NCBI GenBank assembly: GCA_964035575.1
Contig: OZ037842.1
Coordinates: 1,116,001-1,180,000 of the forward strand
Source of the DNA: Rhynchopus sp. YZ270_cl-10
Lineage: Eukaryota
Length of the DNA stretch: 64,000 nt
Reading direction: 5' to 3'
Notes under the pieces: model-generated
What the model was told of the DNA's origin: nothing
Databases searched by the model: none
Seen by the model: the letters and a program-made list of their open reading frames with translations, nothing else
Made by a program: the position numbers and the translations under genes
In this document: in pieces, positions 40,801-53,167 of the stretch
Layout: each line of letters starts with the position of its first letter
Position numbering within the stretch: the first letter of the stretch is position 1

Positions 40801-41880
40801 GTCGAGAGCTTTGTTACGTGGGCCAAGTGGCGGGTCCCCACGTACGACTCGCTTGACCAGATGATCACACAGTACTGGCTGACGGAAGGGAGGCGCGAGC
40901 GCACAGAGGCGTCTTGGAAGGCATGGTACCTGCGTCGTGTGGTGTTCGACATTTGGATGCTTGAGGACGAGCACGCGCAGTCGCTCTCGATGCGTGTTGT
41001 GTCGATTGTCATCAAGTCGTACCTGCACATAGAGTTCTTCCTCCCGTGGCTGCTGATTGCGCTGGCGTACTTCAACATGGAGTCGATGTGGCTGCTCTTC
41101 ATGATGCTGTTTGTGTGGTATCTGTTTGTCTTCATTGACAGCAACACGAAGGACAGACACGATTACCCGCAGTCTATCAAGGCGCTTACCTTGCTGATGC
41201 TGCCCATGGCGATTATATACTACCAATATGCGGTTATCACGGCGAAGGAGCTGTTTTGGTCTTGCATTGCGTTTTTTATTGGGTCGTGTTCGCTGATTTC
41301 TGTGTATGTTGGGTTGATGAACTCGGTGGCGTGGTTCCAGAAGAAGCAGGTTAAGGAGACGTCGAGCAGGCGTGTGTCGGACGGGTATGAGGCGGGCCGC
41401 CAGCAGCGTCGTGATGACGTTACCCGTGCGAACGAGCAGGAAAAGGAAGCTGCCCGCCTCTTCTTGCAGCGAGTGTTGATCCCGAGCACCGATGTGTCTC
41501 TTGTCATTGGGGTGCCCTTCATGATCATGTGTCTCATGGTCATCGGCAACGTGCTGGCTGCCGCCATGTCCACCTGGATCACTGCAATGATGTACAACGG
41601 TACTGTCGCAGAAGCATGGAAAAAGGCATATTTCCAGTCCGCCCCACACACACCAAGCGACAGTGGTGACAAAGGTGGCAACGGAGGTGCGATACAGGCA
41701 ATCCCCAGCAGTGCGCCACGCACCAATGCGCAAATGACCTGTCTGGATGCAGTGAACGTGTCTGCAGGTACAGCACTGAGAGGAAGTATACCAAAACTTT
41801 CCTCCATTTCCTCGTCATCCATCCCAACACTGCAAGACGACATCAGAAGGCGTCTTGGCGAAGACAAAGCAGATTTATGA
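31828..41880 (+). CDS. Fusion protein: signal peptide + clan GH-A (GH72/GH2-like) glycoside hydrolase domain + FKS/GSL-type 1,3-beta-glucan synthase (GT48), 5 exons, ~2990 aa
   Basis: Exons 31828-35427, 35628-35780, 35968-39256, 39428-39501 and 40024-41880, all in frame. GH motifs KGVGYSP, RDIPVIASMGANVIRTW, GYMIGNE, FTEYG and SGGVVMEY. GT48 motifs MPSLTTLIPVYNE, WAT..GQTLARTIKG, GEGKAENQ, DMNQ, MHYGHPDF, RGGTSKA, NEDIFAG, KGRE, TGRGF and PILFNP. Many hydrophobic segments. Confidence 0.9.
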
Positions 41881-42767
41881 AAGCTATAAAATTTTATCAT
41901 CATTTTCCCCCTCTTTTTTTACGGTCCGCACGCGACGTCCACTCCTAGTTGTACATAGTTTTGCGGTGTTCTTCTCACAACCGGCCCGTTTGTCGCAGGG
42001 TGGTTTTTTCTTAACGACAAAGAACACCCTTTTTTTTTTTTTTTACTATTTGCAAACGTAACTGTCCCCAAACCCCTCCCTTCAACGACCGAATTGCAAA
42101 AAACGACAAAACGGCTAAATTTCTCAAAAAACAACAACAAAAAACGAAAAAAAAAACACACACTCTCCCTACCACTGTGGGCGATTGTCGATACCTACTA
42201 TTAGATGGGGTACGTACGGGGTCCTCTCATTCCAAAACCCTACCCAAGGGAAACCTTTCCCCAGCCAATTTATCCACAAATATGTACAGGGTGTATACGA
42301 GTATTTGTGTGCCAGACAGAGGAAAAAGCAAAAAAACAGTGGGTGCCATAAATTTAAAAAAATGCTTCCCCTGCGTGAGGGGTGTAGCACGATTATCTGT
42401 CTGTTTTTTTTTTTGTACCCCATTTGGTTGTTTTCTATTTTTTTCGATTTTCTTCGAAAAAAAAAAAAATCCTGTGTTGTTTCCAGAGCTCGCGCTAAAG
42501 TCCATCCCTCATCCCGGGATTTTTGGGGGTTTTGGTAGGAACGTTTTTTTTTTTGCAGTACGGGGATTTCATTAAGAAACCAGAAGTTCTAATATTGTTG
42601 AGTAAGACCACCACATAGTGGACTTGCATATACATGTGACCCCGCCGTGGAACGCAATTGGCTCGGAAAGTCAAAAGAAAGAGGAGAAAAAAGAAAAGGA
42701 AAAAAAAAAAAGTTGGTTACCGTGCGCCTGCGGCGCTGCCTGTTCCCTTCCAGTTTCTACAGGCAAA

Positions 42768-43055
42768 CACTTGCCCCCTTTACCTTACACTGACGGGTAT
42801 TGACCAAAACCAAGAACTTGTCCATTTCGGCAAATTGACCCCACCACAGAACGGACGAATTCCGGAAATGCAAATGCCGGTGTTTTCGCGCATTTTCATG
42901 TTGCAAGACGTCAGGATCAGGGAGAGAAAATCTGGTTGTGGGATTTACATTGGCCCTCTTTACCCTACATGGATTTTGACCAAAACCAAAAAATTGGCCA
43001 TTTCGGCAAAGTGACCCCACCACAGCGCGGACGGATTCCGGAAATTCCAATCGCG
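42768..43055. repeat. Imperfect direct repeat (~110 bp x2, ~180 bp period)
   Basis: TTGACCAAAACCAA...CCATTTCGGCAAA.TGACCCCACCACAG..CGGACG.ATTCCGGAAAT at ~42800 and ~42976. Confidence 0.75.
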
Positions 43056-44352
43056 GTATGTTTTGGGGCTGAAAACCCACTGATTTTCAGGAGAAAAATT
43101 GCTTCCAAATCTCGGAATTTTCCGAATTTTCCTGAAAATGACCCTTGTTTACGAGTATGGGTTCATATTTTGCGAAAATTTAAGTCACTAAAATTTTGTC
43201 CATTTTTCCGTATATACCCCACCACAAGCCGGGATTGGCCCGGAAATGCCACAAAACGGGGTTTCCGGGCCTCCCCAGCTAACCTTTTCAAGGAACGTTT
43301 TTCCGTACCCGAAATCCATTTTTTCCCCATTTTTTCCCATAATTAGCGCGACCACTGGTTGTTTCAGTGCATTGCATCCCCGAGGATACCTCTCTGTGCC
43401 TCTGTTGCTGGTATGTCGGGATGTGTCTTTTATTTCAAGGTGACTAAAACATGAGAGGCATCTGATAAACTTTTCTCTTTGCAAGGTGACTTAGCAATGT
43501 GGCGCTTTAAACCCATCTTACAAACCTTTCTTTTCATGTGACATCAAATTTGGGTGCAATCCTATGAGGAAATCCTACCCATTTGTGATTTTTTTTTTTA
43601 TTCCTACGAAGCTTGCTTTAAAGGGGAAATAGTATTACCGGTACGGTCGCCAATCATCCCTCAAACAGGAGGATTGTGCAATCAACGAAAAAAAACCTTT
43701 TTTCCTTTTACTTACCTACCGATCCTACTATTTTTGATAAAAAAACGGTAATTTTGGGCGACTAAGTATTCGAACCGACTCATTTTACCACCCCCCTCCC
43801 CAGATGTACGTGTATGAGAGGCATTCGTCTTTCAGGGCTTTTTTATTTTATTTTATTTTATTTGCGTGAAAAAAAAATGTTCTTCGTGAAGTTCATTTTG
43901 TCTTTCCGGTGTGTTCCTTTTGTTTATATCTTCTCACTTCTCTCTCGAATTGAAACCCCCCGGTTGGTGTATGGTATCTGTGGACAAAAAAAAAAAATGT
44001 CGGTTTTGCGGGCTTTGTTTGCACAGAACCTGTTCTTGATATGGGGACGCAAGGACTGCTCGATTTAAGAAAAAAAAAATATCAACGTGTGTTATGGTTG
44101 AGTGACCAAAGGGAAAGGCGAGAGCTGTCTCAACTTTCTTCCCCCAAAAAAAAGCAACACTCTTTTGCGTGTACTGTTAAAGGAGGGATGTCCTCCGTTT
44201 TTTGGTGCCCCTTGTGTACAGTTAGTTCTTCCTCCTTCCCAAAGCCCTCCTGGGAGGCCTCGTCTTTTTTTCTCAAAAAAAAAATAAAAAAAACTTAACG
44301 CCGTGGACAATCTGCATCTGCAAGTGTCTGCACGTTACTCCTTACTTTGTTT

Positions 44353-44400
44353 AAGGTGACTAAGCACAAGAGGCTTAGGATCATCTTATAAACTTTTCTT
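44353..44400 (+). repeat. Dispersed ~45-nt hairpin element, family B (representative copy)
   Basis: Consensus AAGGTGACTAAGCATGAGAGGCTTAGGATCATCTTATAAACTTTTC. About 20 full or partial copies in the window, e.g. 2347, 8672, 18683, 21152, 21324, 23257, 28866, 28922, 39828, 43437, 47292 and 57091. Confidence 0.9.
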
Positions 44401-45007
44401 TGTTTCAATTATGGGTAACTATGTTGACATAGTAATGTCAGGGATCTGACCCAAAAAAAATTTTTTGGGCAGTCCCTAATATCAATACAAGTCTGTATGT
44501 CACCCATATGGTTTGGTTTGAACACCGCTGGGGTGGGGCATTTTGTTGTGCAAATGATTCGCTGATTTACGGCTACCAGATTTACTCAATTACAGAATCG
44601 AAAATGATTCGCTCATTATAAAAGTGGGGCGGTCAAACAAAAAAATGACTGACTCCCCCACTTCATGCAAAATGGCGGTTTGATCTCCGTTCTCTTGGTG
44701 GTTCTCACAATGGTTTCAAGAGGAATATTATTTTCTCCTTGGGAGGAAGCTTGTCTTTGTTTTGATCGGCAAATGGGGGGGTTGGCTGGTTGGCCCTTCA
44801 ATGTCAACAACCCGTCTCTTGCTTTCATTACCCCTTCCTCCACTCTTTAATTCGTGGATTTGTGTTTTTTTCCCCCCCTCTTTTTGTTCTAGGTACACTA
44901 TGTTGTGCTAGACAAAGCGGGATGGGGCGTTTTTTTAGATAAATTTACGTGTTTTTCCTGTTTTTCTTTTCCATCGTCTCAAGGCATTTTTTTTTTTTTG
45001 GACATTT

Positions 45008-45586
45008 TGAGGTGATCCAGCGCACACTTTTCCACACTTTTTCACACCGTGAAAACATGTGAAAATAAGTGAAAACGTGTGAAACCAAGTGAAAATATGT
45101 GAAACCATGTGAAAACATGTGAAACCAAGTGAAAATGTGTGAAACCATGTGAAAATATGTGAAACCAAGTGAAAATGTGTGAAAACATGTGAAACCAAGT
45201 GAAAATGTGTGAAACCATGTGAAAATATGTGAAACCAAGTGAAAACATGTGAAACCATGTGAAAACATGTGAAACCAAGTGAAAATGTGTGAAAACATGT
45301 GAAACCAAGTGAAAATGTGTGAAACCATGTGAAAATATGTGAAACCAAGTGAAAACATGTGAAACCATGTGAAAACATGTGAAACCAAGTGAAAATGTGT
45401 GAAACCAAGTGAAAACACCAAGTTTTTTTTCTGGAGGAATCCACTCAGAGTGCGTGAAGCAGTTTTTTTTTCACTTTCGTACACACTTTTTCACACCGTG
45501 AAACCATGTGAAAATGTGTGAAACCAAGTGAAAATGTGTGAAACCATGTGAAAATGTGTGAAAAAGCGTGAGACTGGATCACCTCA
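45008..45586. mobile_element. TIR element (TGAGGTGATCCAG) with 5-bp TSD CATTT enclosing a 10-bp minisatellite
   Basis: Perfect 13-bp inverted repeat 45008-45020 / 45574-45586, with CATTT at 45003-45007 and 45587-45591. Confidence 0.75.
45049..45416. repeat. 10-bp minisatellite GTGAAA(ACAT/CCAA/ATGT/CCAT/ATAT)
   Basis: About 36 tandem units, plus a shorter second array at ~45498-45563. Confidence 0.95.
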
Positions 45587-46546
45587 CATTTTTTGAAAAA
45601 AAACAATTTCAATAAAAAACACAAACCACGCTCCCTATTCAAATGAAAAACACCTCATTTTTTCCCGCAAAAAAAAAGGGTGTTTTTTTGACCTCACCTG
45701 TTTTACGGAGTATGGTTCTGTGCGCTCTCCTCTTATAATCTTGACCACTCTCTGATGCAGTGATAAAACCTGACCCCAAACCTATCTCGCCTATGTACCC
45801 TTGGGTATCCAATGATTCCCGTTCGTTATTTGACGAGTGGAGGCGGGAGTAGGAGATAATAATGGTGTCTATGAAAGGAGAGAAAAGCGAGGAAGGCTGC
45901 GTGGAGCTTACACGAAAAAAAAAAAAAAAATAGGCGAGGTGACTACAGGTTATTAATATTTCAATTATCCAACGAAAAAAAAAACCCCCGTTCAAACCTT
46001 ATTTTATTATATTGCAGGATTGCTTGACCCCCTCTTCTTGGCAGGCCTTATTTTTTTTGAAATATCTGGCTATGATTTAGTGTGGATATCCCAATCTCCT
46101 CACTTTACCTTCATTTTCTACGGAGCGAAATTTTTTTTATTTGTTTATTCATTCAAAAAATTCTCCTTCATCGCAATCCGTAAAAGCAAAAAAAATAAAC
46201 AGTACGAACAGCTCCCTCCCCCAAGATGGAGGGTTCATCACGACATGAGCCCCATCTCTCAAAAACTTCATCTTCTTTGTTTCTTTGTACAACGCATCGG
46301 CCTAGATGCGGGAGAGCATTTTAAAAATATAAAAGAAACCACATTTTTTTCCTTCTCTCCCCCTCCCAGACATTTTAGTCGCTTTTAAAGACAAATCATC
46401 GTGAAAGATACACACCTTGAGAGCGGATCAGCATGTCTTCAGATTAGCTTCCATTTTTTTTGTCGTTTTTTTGTGTTGTCTGTTAGATTAGGGTAAAACG
46501 TTTTTCAAAAAAAAAAATACTTTCAAACCCAGGACAACACATTACA

Positions 46547-47101
46547 ATGGAAGAAGCGCCTCCAGCACGTCTGCCATTTTCTGTCGGTCAATTCGGTGGG
46601 ATATGCCCTGAAGAAGAGGAAGAGGTGGAGATTGGCCGCTACGCCACGTGGTCCGTGAGTTCTGCGAAGCATGGGAATGGGGTGACACAGCTGCGCGACA
46701 GCAGCAAGGAGACGTACTGGCAGAGCGACGGGACACAGCCCCATCTGATTGACGTACATTGGAATAAAACGACGCAGGTGGTAAGGGTCGATATTTTGCT
46801 TGATTTTCATTCAGACGAATCGTACACACCGAAACGGCTGACCATTCGTGCAGGCAGTACCTATCACGACCTGCAAGACCTAGGCACCCACGAAATGAAC
46901 GAACCCCAAGGATGGATCTCCTTCCCCCTCTGCTCCGACCCCAGCAACGCGGTATACGCATCTCTCGTCCAAATCGCGATCCTAGAAAACCATCAAAGCG
47001 GGCGCGACACACACCTCCGCCAAATAAAGGTCTTCGGTCCTCCGCTCAAACCACCTCGCTACTCAACAACCTCGCTGTCAGGATGCATGACACTCCGATG
47101 A
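46547..47101 (+). CDS. APC10: Anaphase-promoting complex subunit 10 (DOC domain)
   Basis: EIGRYATWSVSSAKHGNGVTQLRD, TYWQSDGTQPHLI, DESYTP and ILENHQSGRDTHLRQIKVFGP. Confidence 0.93.
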   Translation: MEEAPPARLPFSVGQFGGICPEEEEEVEIGRYATWSVSSAKHGNGVTQLRDSSKETYWQSDGTQPHLIDVHWNKTTQVVRVDILLDFHSDESYTPKRLTIRAGSTYHDLQDLGTHEMNEPQGWISFPLCSDPSNAVYASLVQIAILENHQSGRDTHLRQIKVFGPPLKPPRYSTTSLSGCMTLR

Positions 47102-47385
47102 CATTTCTTTTCACTCAACCTAGAAAATGGATTATAGATGTATTAAAAAAAGATTTCCCTCCCATTGACCTTCAAACTCTTTTCTTTTCCCTAACAACAA
47201 AGTTGTGGAAACCAACGCAGCGCGATAACGAATGTGATGAAGAGACCTAGGGTCATCTTATAAACCTTTCTTGTGCGATGACGAATATGATAAGGTGACT
47301 TAGCATGAAGAGGCTTAGTATTATCTTATTAACTTTTCTTTTTGGTGCCAAATTCAAATACAGTGGGGTGGATATACCTAATACA

Positions 47386-50300
47386 ATGCCCTACACAAAC
47401 ACATGGACGCGGACGTCGCTGCCTCGAGAGAGAGGAGGGTCGGTGGAGAGGGCAGGGTCTGTGGTGGCGGAGGGTGCGATGTCGGGGTTTTCGCCTGAGG
47501 TGAAGTCGTCTCTGGAAGTGATCAGCAAGTACATTAACGGAGAGAGCTTGCTCCCGGGGATGCGGACGAAGGAGACGGTGAGTCGTCTGCGTCATGAGAC
47601 TCTTGTGGGTGATGCGGGAACGCAGCGTAGCTGGGATGTGCGCCAGGCGTCGCCGATGTCGTCATACCACGATGTAGTGCGGCAGGACGCCTCTCTTGCG
47701 CACACCACACTCTCACACACCTCGCTGCCAAAGCAGCTTGACTTCACGCAGTCCTCTCCCATGGGGCGGCCGGTGCACCCCCAGGTACCTATTCATGGTC
47801 AACAGCCAAGCCAACATTCAAGCCAGCATGCCCATTCTGTCCAACACTCAGGCCACGTCGACCGTCTCTGCAAAAGCATTTCGCCCCCAAGAAGGGTAAG
47901 TCTAATGCGTCAAGAGTCCGTCCCCTTGCAGGGTGGTTGGTACCCCTCTCCGTCCCCGGTGGCAATGCAGGTGCCGCACCATGCCTCGCATATCTCGAAT
48001 GTGTCAAATGCCTCGAACGCAAACCTGCAGTACTCACAGCAAAGCATTGAGCGTGTTCAGCCAGACACGCATTCCCAGTCTGCGGTGGACAGCCAGAGGG
48101 AGGCTTCTCTGTACGTTGCGCCTACGCCCACTGCTGTCCCTACTCCTGCTCCACCGCTTATGCGACAGCCAGAGGCCGTTGTGGCAGAGGTGGAAGAACG
48201 AGAGGTCCCACAAAGCCTCCGCTACCGCACCTTCACACTAACCGAGGTGGTGGACTACCTGCGCTGGCACTACTCTGCGAACAAGGCTGCAGAGGAGGAG
48301 TTGCTTCTCTCCGCATCCGGCATCCACGCACTCTCGGAGGAGGACGTCACCCAGCTGACGAGCTGCTTCACAGAGGAGTTGTTACTGCTCAAGAGGGGCG
48401 TACTGGACGGGACTGCGAACACTACCATCCAAAACACGAGCATCCAGATTGATGACACCGGGCCAGTGTTGGAGGGTGTCGACCTTGTGGAGCCGACCGC
48501 CTCACAGCCGCCCACACCACAGCAGCGGAGGGCACAGCCGCCACCACTGCCGGTTCATTCACCCCCGCCTCAGCCAGAGCAGGCGCCGCTCCCAGTACAG
48601 CACGGCAGGGCAGCGCAAACCCCGGTACGTCCGGAGCCAGTGGAGGAGTTGCTTCCCAAGGTGCATTCGGTGGCGGAGCTAGCAGAGGACACAATCCCGT
48701 TGCAAGACAAGCCCGTCATGGAGTCTGTGGCGGTGCAGTCCAGCCCGCCCGCAGAGGATGAGTTTACTTCCCCCGAAGCGCGTGCAACAAGCCTGCAGCC
48801 GTCCAGAACATCAGGCATGTCTGACTCCATGGGAAGGATCTCTGCTGATTCCGAAGAAGCCCGCAGCAGATCACCCGCCCCAGCGCCCGCAGTACTACAG
48901 GAAGCACCGACGCCACAGTACCACAAAAGCTCTGCGCCTGCGCCAGAGCCTACACGCCCCAGAACCGTTTCCATTGTGCATAATTCCCCAGGGCCAGTGT
49001 TGACGCGGCAGAGAAGCTCCACCGCATCTGCTGCTGTCCCGTCCCCGTCAGTCCTGCAACGTCCCCATAGGAGCAACACAACGGTGGAGTCACCGACAAT
49101 GACAAAGTACCCGCCGTACTCCCCAGCAAAGTCGATAACAGCTAAGTCACCGCCCCGACCACCGCCGGGGTCACCAAGGTCGTTGATGGAGGTGCCTGTC
49201 AAGGCGTCGCCGTCGCCAAGGAGCAGAGGGCCGTTGGCGACTCCTTCGTCTGTGGCCCCCACGCCGTTGGTGGGCGTAGGTGTGTCACCTGGTGCGTCGC
49301 AGCTGCATATACCTTCTGCGTCAGCAGTGTCGTCCCTGCCGGTGACACCCTCGAACCATGCACAGCCATCGCCACAGACAAGCGCAAGACTTCCCCCATC
49401 GCAGTCAGAAGCAGAAGAAGAAGAAGACAAAGAGGACGACCCACTGCAAGGCGCTGCCCTATCAGGGGTATGTTTGCTTCCTGACACAAAGTGTTTATTT
49501 ATTCGGGGTTACAGGGTCTGCGGGGTAATGCCAGAATAAAGCCAACAATTTACACTGACTATTTCTCCCCATTTCTCAACAAAACCCACACATTCCTTGC
49601 AAGCCCCATCCTAAATTTGTGATGCCAATTTTTAGGCTCTTTTTAGGCTAGCTTATGGGTGCGTTTGATCACAAAGCAACCTTTTTTTTTCTTTTTTTTT
49701 ACAGGAGTTGACCGACCAAATCCACCGCTTGATTCCAAAGCTCCCCCGACTCTCTATCACCAAATACCACACCACGACAAGAAACGGACGCGGGGCGAGG
49801 TGGATGGTATGACAACAACCCACTCCCCCACCCACAACCAGAATCATATTAAGAAAAACTTAGCCCCTCTTTTCATCTCCCCCCCCCAACCAACCTCTTT
49901 TCCACACATTCTTTCTTTCCCCCACGGTACCACGAAATGACTGTTGAATTTCAAGACTTTTTTCAGACTTTCTTTTAGACTCCACATCCTTTTTAACCAC
50001 TTTTCTTCTTTTACAGTGTATTGAAAAGGTGCAAGAACGCAAGACGATGGGGTATATTGTGATAGACAAAAAGCTTCAGACGAGTCGTAATAACAATACT
50101 GCACGGAGCCATCCGTTGAACAGCTTGCAGTGTGTGACGTCAGGCGCGGAGGGGAAGTCGTGGAGAACCCATCGTAGTAGGGACAAGGTGAAGGGGCTTC
50201 GCTCAGGGGAGTATCTCCCTGTGGATGACTGTTTTACGATGGAATTTGGCGCACCAGGCTCGCCAGCGACACTTAATATTTACTGTGGACATCAGAAGGA

Positions 50301-50391
50301 GAAGAAACAGTGGCTTGACTTCCTCCAGCTTGTCGTCAAACGCAACATCATTGAACGTAGAAAGAACCCACAAAACTTTGTGGCGAACTAA
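47386..50391 (+). CDS. Pro/Ser-rich disordered protein with C-terminal PH-like domain, 3 exons
   Basis: Exons 47386-49467, 49705-49806 and 50017-50391 in frame. C-terminal CFTMEF...TLNIYC...EKKQWLDFLQ matches the end of a PH fold. Confidence 0.7.
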
Positions 50392-51238
50392 AGACGGGTG
50401 CGTTGCAAAAAAAAGGGTGTCCAAAAAGCATCATTCCACAGATGATACCTCCTTGATACCCGAGAACCAAAAACCGAATGTCCCAGCTTTAGATGAGGTT
50501 TGGGGAAATTTGTCGAATCCTCAATAAAAAAGGGCCAGACTAGATATCACACACCCTTTCCTGAGTGGTATTCTGCCTTCTGTAGACTTTGCCCAAATTT
50601 TTTTTTTTCTTGGTCAAAAAAGTTTTTTGTTAAAATTATGATATAACTCCCCCCCTAGATTTATTGGAAAGACCGGTATGTGAAGCTTCAGCTCATCTTA
50701 CTAAAGTTCTTCTTTTTTGGGAAATGCGAAGAAAAATACATAGTGGAGCACACTCTAGGGTGGCTACACATAATACAACAAAGTTTTCAAAAAAAAAAAA
50801 CAAAATGTGTTCATCTTTTCAAGTTTTCTTTGGAAAAGGCATTGCAGGGAGCAAGTCAAAGTTGTTTGACCGGGTGCCCTTTCTCTCTCCCACCCCATTC
50901 TCCCACTGCTTTTCAAGCAAAATACCGTTGTTAAAAAAAATTAGTATCCGAACATAAAAAAACCCCTTTTTTTGAACGCAGAGAACGTATACCGCTTTCT
51001 TTCTCTTCAAATTCAGCGAACTGCCTACTCTCTGTGGTAGACTGATCTAGAGAGAGAGAGAGTGCGTGTGTGTGCCCTCTTTGCTCCCCTCTTCCCCTAT
51101 ACCCCCTATGTACCGCTATTTTTGTTCAAATTTTTTTAAAAAAGAATGGTTCTCTTTTTCTCCTTCTCACCTTTCTTCTTTCTCTTCACTTTAAAAAAAT
51201 TCAGGTTTTATCAAAAAAGGGTTCAAAAAAAGTAAACA

Positions 51239-51766
51239 ATGAGTGGTGCAGGGAGAAAACATCGTGCCAAGCATTTATGTCAGATGCATACTGATGAGAG
51301 CTACGACCTGCAGGATGGGGAGTCCATTGTGCGTCTGTTGGAGTTGCGGGGAAACCACTACCGAGTTGTCAATGGGGAAGGCGCCGAGCTTTTGGTACGT
51401 CTTCCTGCAAAGTTTAACCGAGTTGTTTGGATGAAAAAAGACGATTTGATTGTTATTGCAATGGAAAATGCGACTGAGGGTGACACCGGTGTGGTAGGAC
51501 TCATCACCCACAGACTCAGCGCAAAGCAGATAAAGCGTCTGATTAAGGAAGGTGATATGCCAGAGTCTTTTATAACGATTGCCCGACAAATCGAGCAGAC
51601 ACCAGAACCCATTCCTCAAGAAAACCCTAATGTGGCGCCAGAAAATGAGGACGGTGAAGAGGAGTCCGATTCTGATGAAGATGATATGTGGACACGTGGC
51701 AACCCAAATGTCGCACCTACCTTCGATGACTTTGAAGAAGATGAGGAAAGCGAAGAAGAAGAATGA
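51239..51766 (+). CDS. EIF1AD: eIF1A-domain (OB-fold) RNA-binding protein
   Basis: IVRLLELRGNHYRV, LVRLPAKFNRVVWMKKDDLIVI, QIKRLIKEG, and an acidic C-terminus with NPN. Confidence 0.85.
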   Translation: MSGAGRKHRAKHLCQMHTDESYDLQDGESIVRLLELRGNHYRVVNGEGAELLVRLPAKFNRVVWMKKDDLIVIAMENATEGDTGVVGLITHRLSAKQIKRLIKEGDMPESFITIARQIEQTPEPIPQENPNVAPENEDGEEESDSDEDDMWTRGNPNVAPTFDDFEEDEESEEEE

Positions 51767-52536
51767 GAAGTGTTCTTTCTGTCGTTTTTCTTACCAAACC
51801 TCTAGGGTGGTGTTGCAATGTAAAATCGCTTCAAAAAAACCCCCTCTGTCTTATGAAAAGGGGGGTGAGAAGGGGGTGCCAAATGCCATCAAGTTGAAAT
51901 GCTTGAAGGGAAAAAATGGTGTCATTTTGTTTTTCTAGCCTCATATTAGTGTCGTTTATGTCTTTCGCAAAAGGAAAATCGATCATTTTTTTTTCTCCAG
52001 GAGTTTTAGGAAGGTGTCCTCATGTGGTTGAAAGGCGTTTCCCCCCATGAAAGGGGGTTTCCAGTGTCGTGAGCAGAGAAATTTTGCTATTGACACGCCT
52101 TCAACTTTTTTTTTTACCATTTTTTTTTTTTTGTCCGATTTGAAGATCGGCGAAGACAGAAAAAAAAAAGATCAGGATTTTCATCAAATAGTTTCTTTTT
52201 GAAAGAACGATATTCTCCCCTTTTTTCCTTTTTTCAACTTCCATTTTTTTCGCCTCATGAAAATGAAAGAGGAAACCGAAGCAAAGCATTTCACACTTTG
52301 CGGTTCTGGGGACGAACCGCGCTGCAGAGCCACTCCTCACCAAACAGGTCGAAGTGGTGTGCGTTTCACCACAACCCCCTCTATGCCTTTCCTACCCCTA
52401 CAAAGCTACCATCCAGACAACACTACACATTTCCTTCTCTCCAAGAAAGGCTCGTTTTTCATAACATTTTTTTTGACGTATTTTTGAGAAAGGTTGCACA
52501 ATAGCAAATTGATTTGAGTGTATCTGTGGAGTTATA

Positions 52537-53167
52537 ATGGCATTGTTCCGTTCGACGAGAGTGTTGCGTGCGGCAGAGGAGAGTGTCCGCAAGCGGTCGA
52601 AGGAGACTCGCTCACGTGGTGAGTACCTACTGATCGGTTCCTTCTGTATCGCTATCCCTTCAGTCTTCTTCTGGATTGCGGGTATGATTCATCCAGCATT
52701 ATTTATTATCAGATATAAACCTCGAAATGGATGTAGGACTGCATGATTGGGTGTCCACCTCGGGTACAGCCAGGTCATACCAGAGGTGCACTGTTCACGA
52801 GAGGGCTTTTGTATTTCAACTATTTTTTGAAGTGAAGCTAAAGTCATACCCATTTTTCTAGGATGAAACACATCGTACTTTTTTTAACGAAGCGGTCCAA
52901 CTCTTGGGTTTCATTCAACACCAACGGAGTGTCGATGAACATTTCCTGCGCCCAGAGGCGTACTGTCAACTTCACTTTCTTTTCAGATCAGCTACGATAT
53001 CACGATATCCTTAGCAAGCAAAGAACCAACACGCAACAACCCCACCCCACCCCACAGGTGACATCACCGAAAACTCCATTCTGTACGTACTAGATGGATA
53101 CAAATACAGGCAACACCTTCGTAAAGTCGAGACCCTAGAGGCAGAACGGCGAGCAAAAGAGCAGTAA
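52537..53167 (+). CDS. Small (84 aa) single-TM protein with mitochondrial-presequence-like N-terminus, 2 exons
   Basis: Exons 52537-52681 and 53058-53167 (phase 1): MALFRSTRVLRA...YLLIGSFCIAIPSVFFWIAG-DITENSILYVLDGYKYRQHLRK... Confidence 0.65.

Noticed and set aside
40492..41733. Long antisense ORFs (also 34504-35454 and 48570-49487)
   Set aside because: Shadows of GC-rich + strand coding exons.
45049..45416. Possible CRISPR array
   Set aside because: Contiguous 10-mers with no unique spacers, no cas genes, and a eukaryotic context.
44935..45484. Three minus-strand His/Phe-rich ORFs
   Set aside because: Artefacts of the stop-free 10-bp minisatellite, which is open in all three frames.
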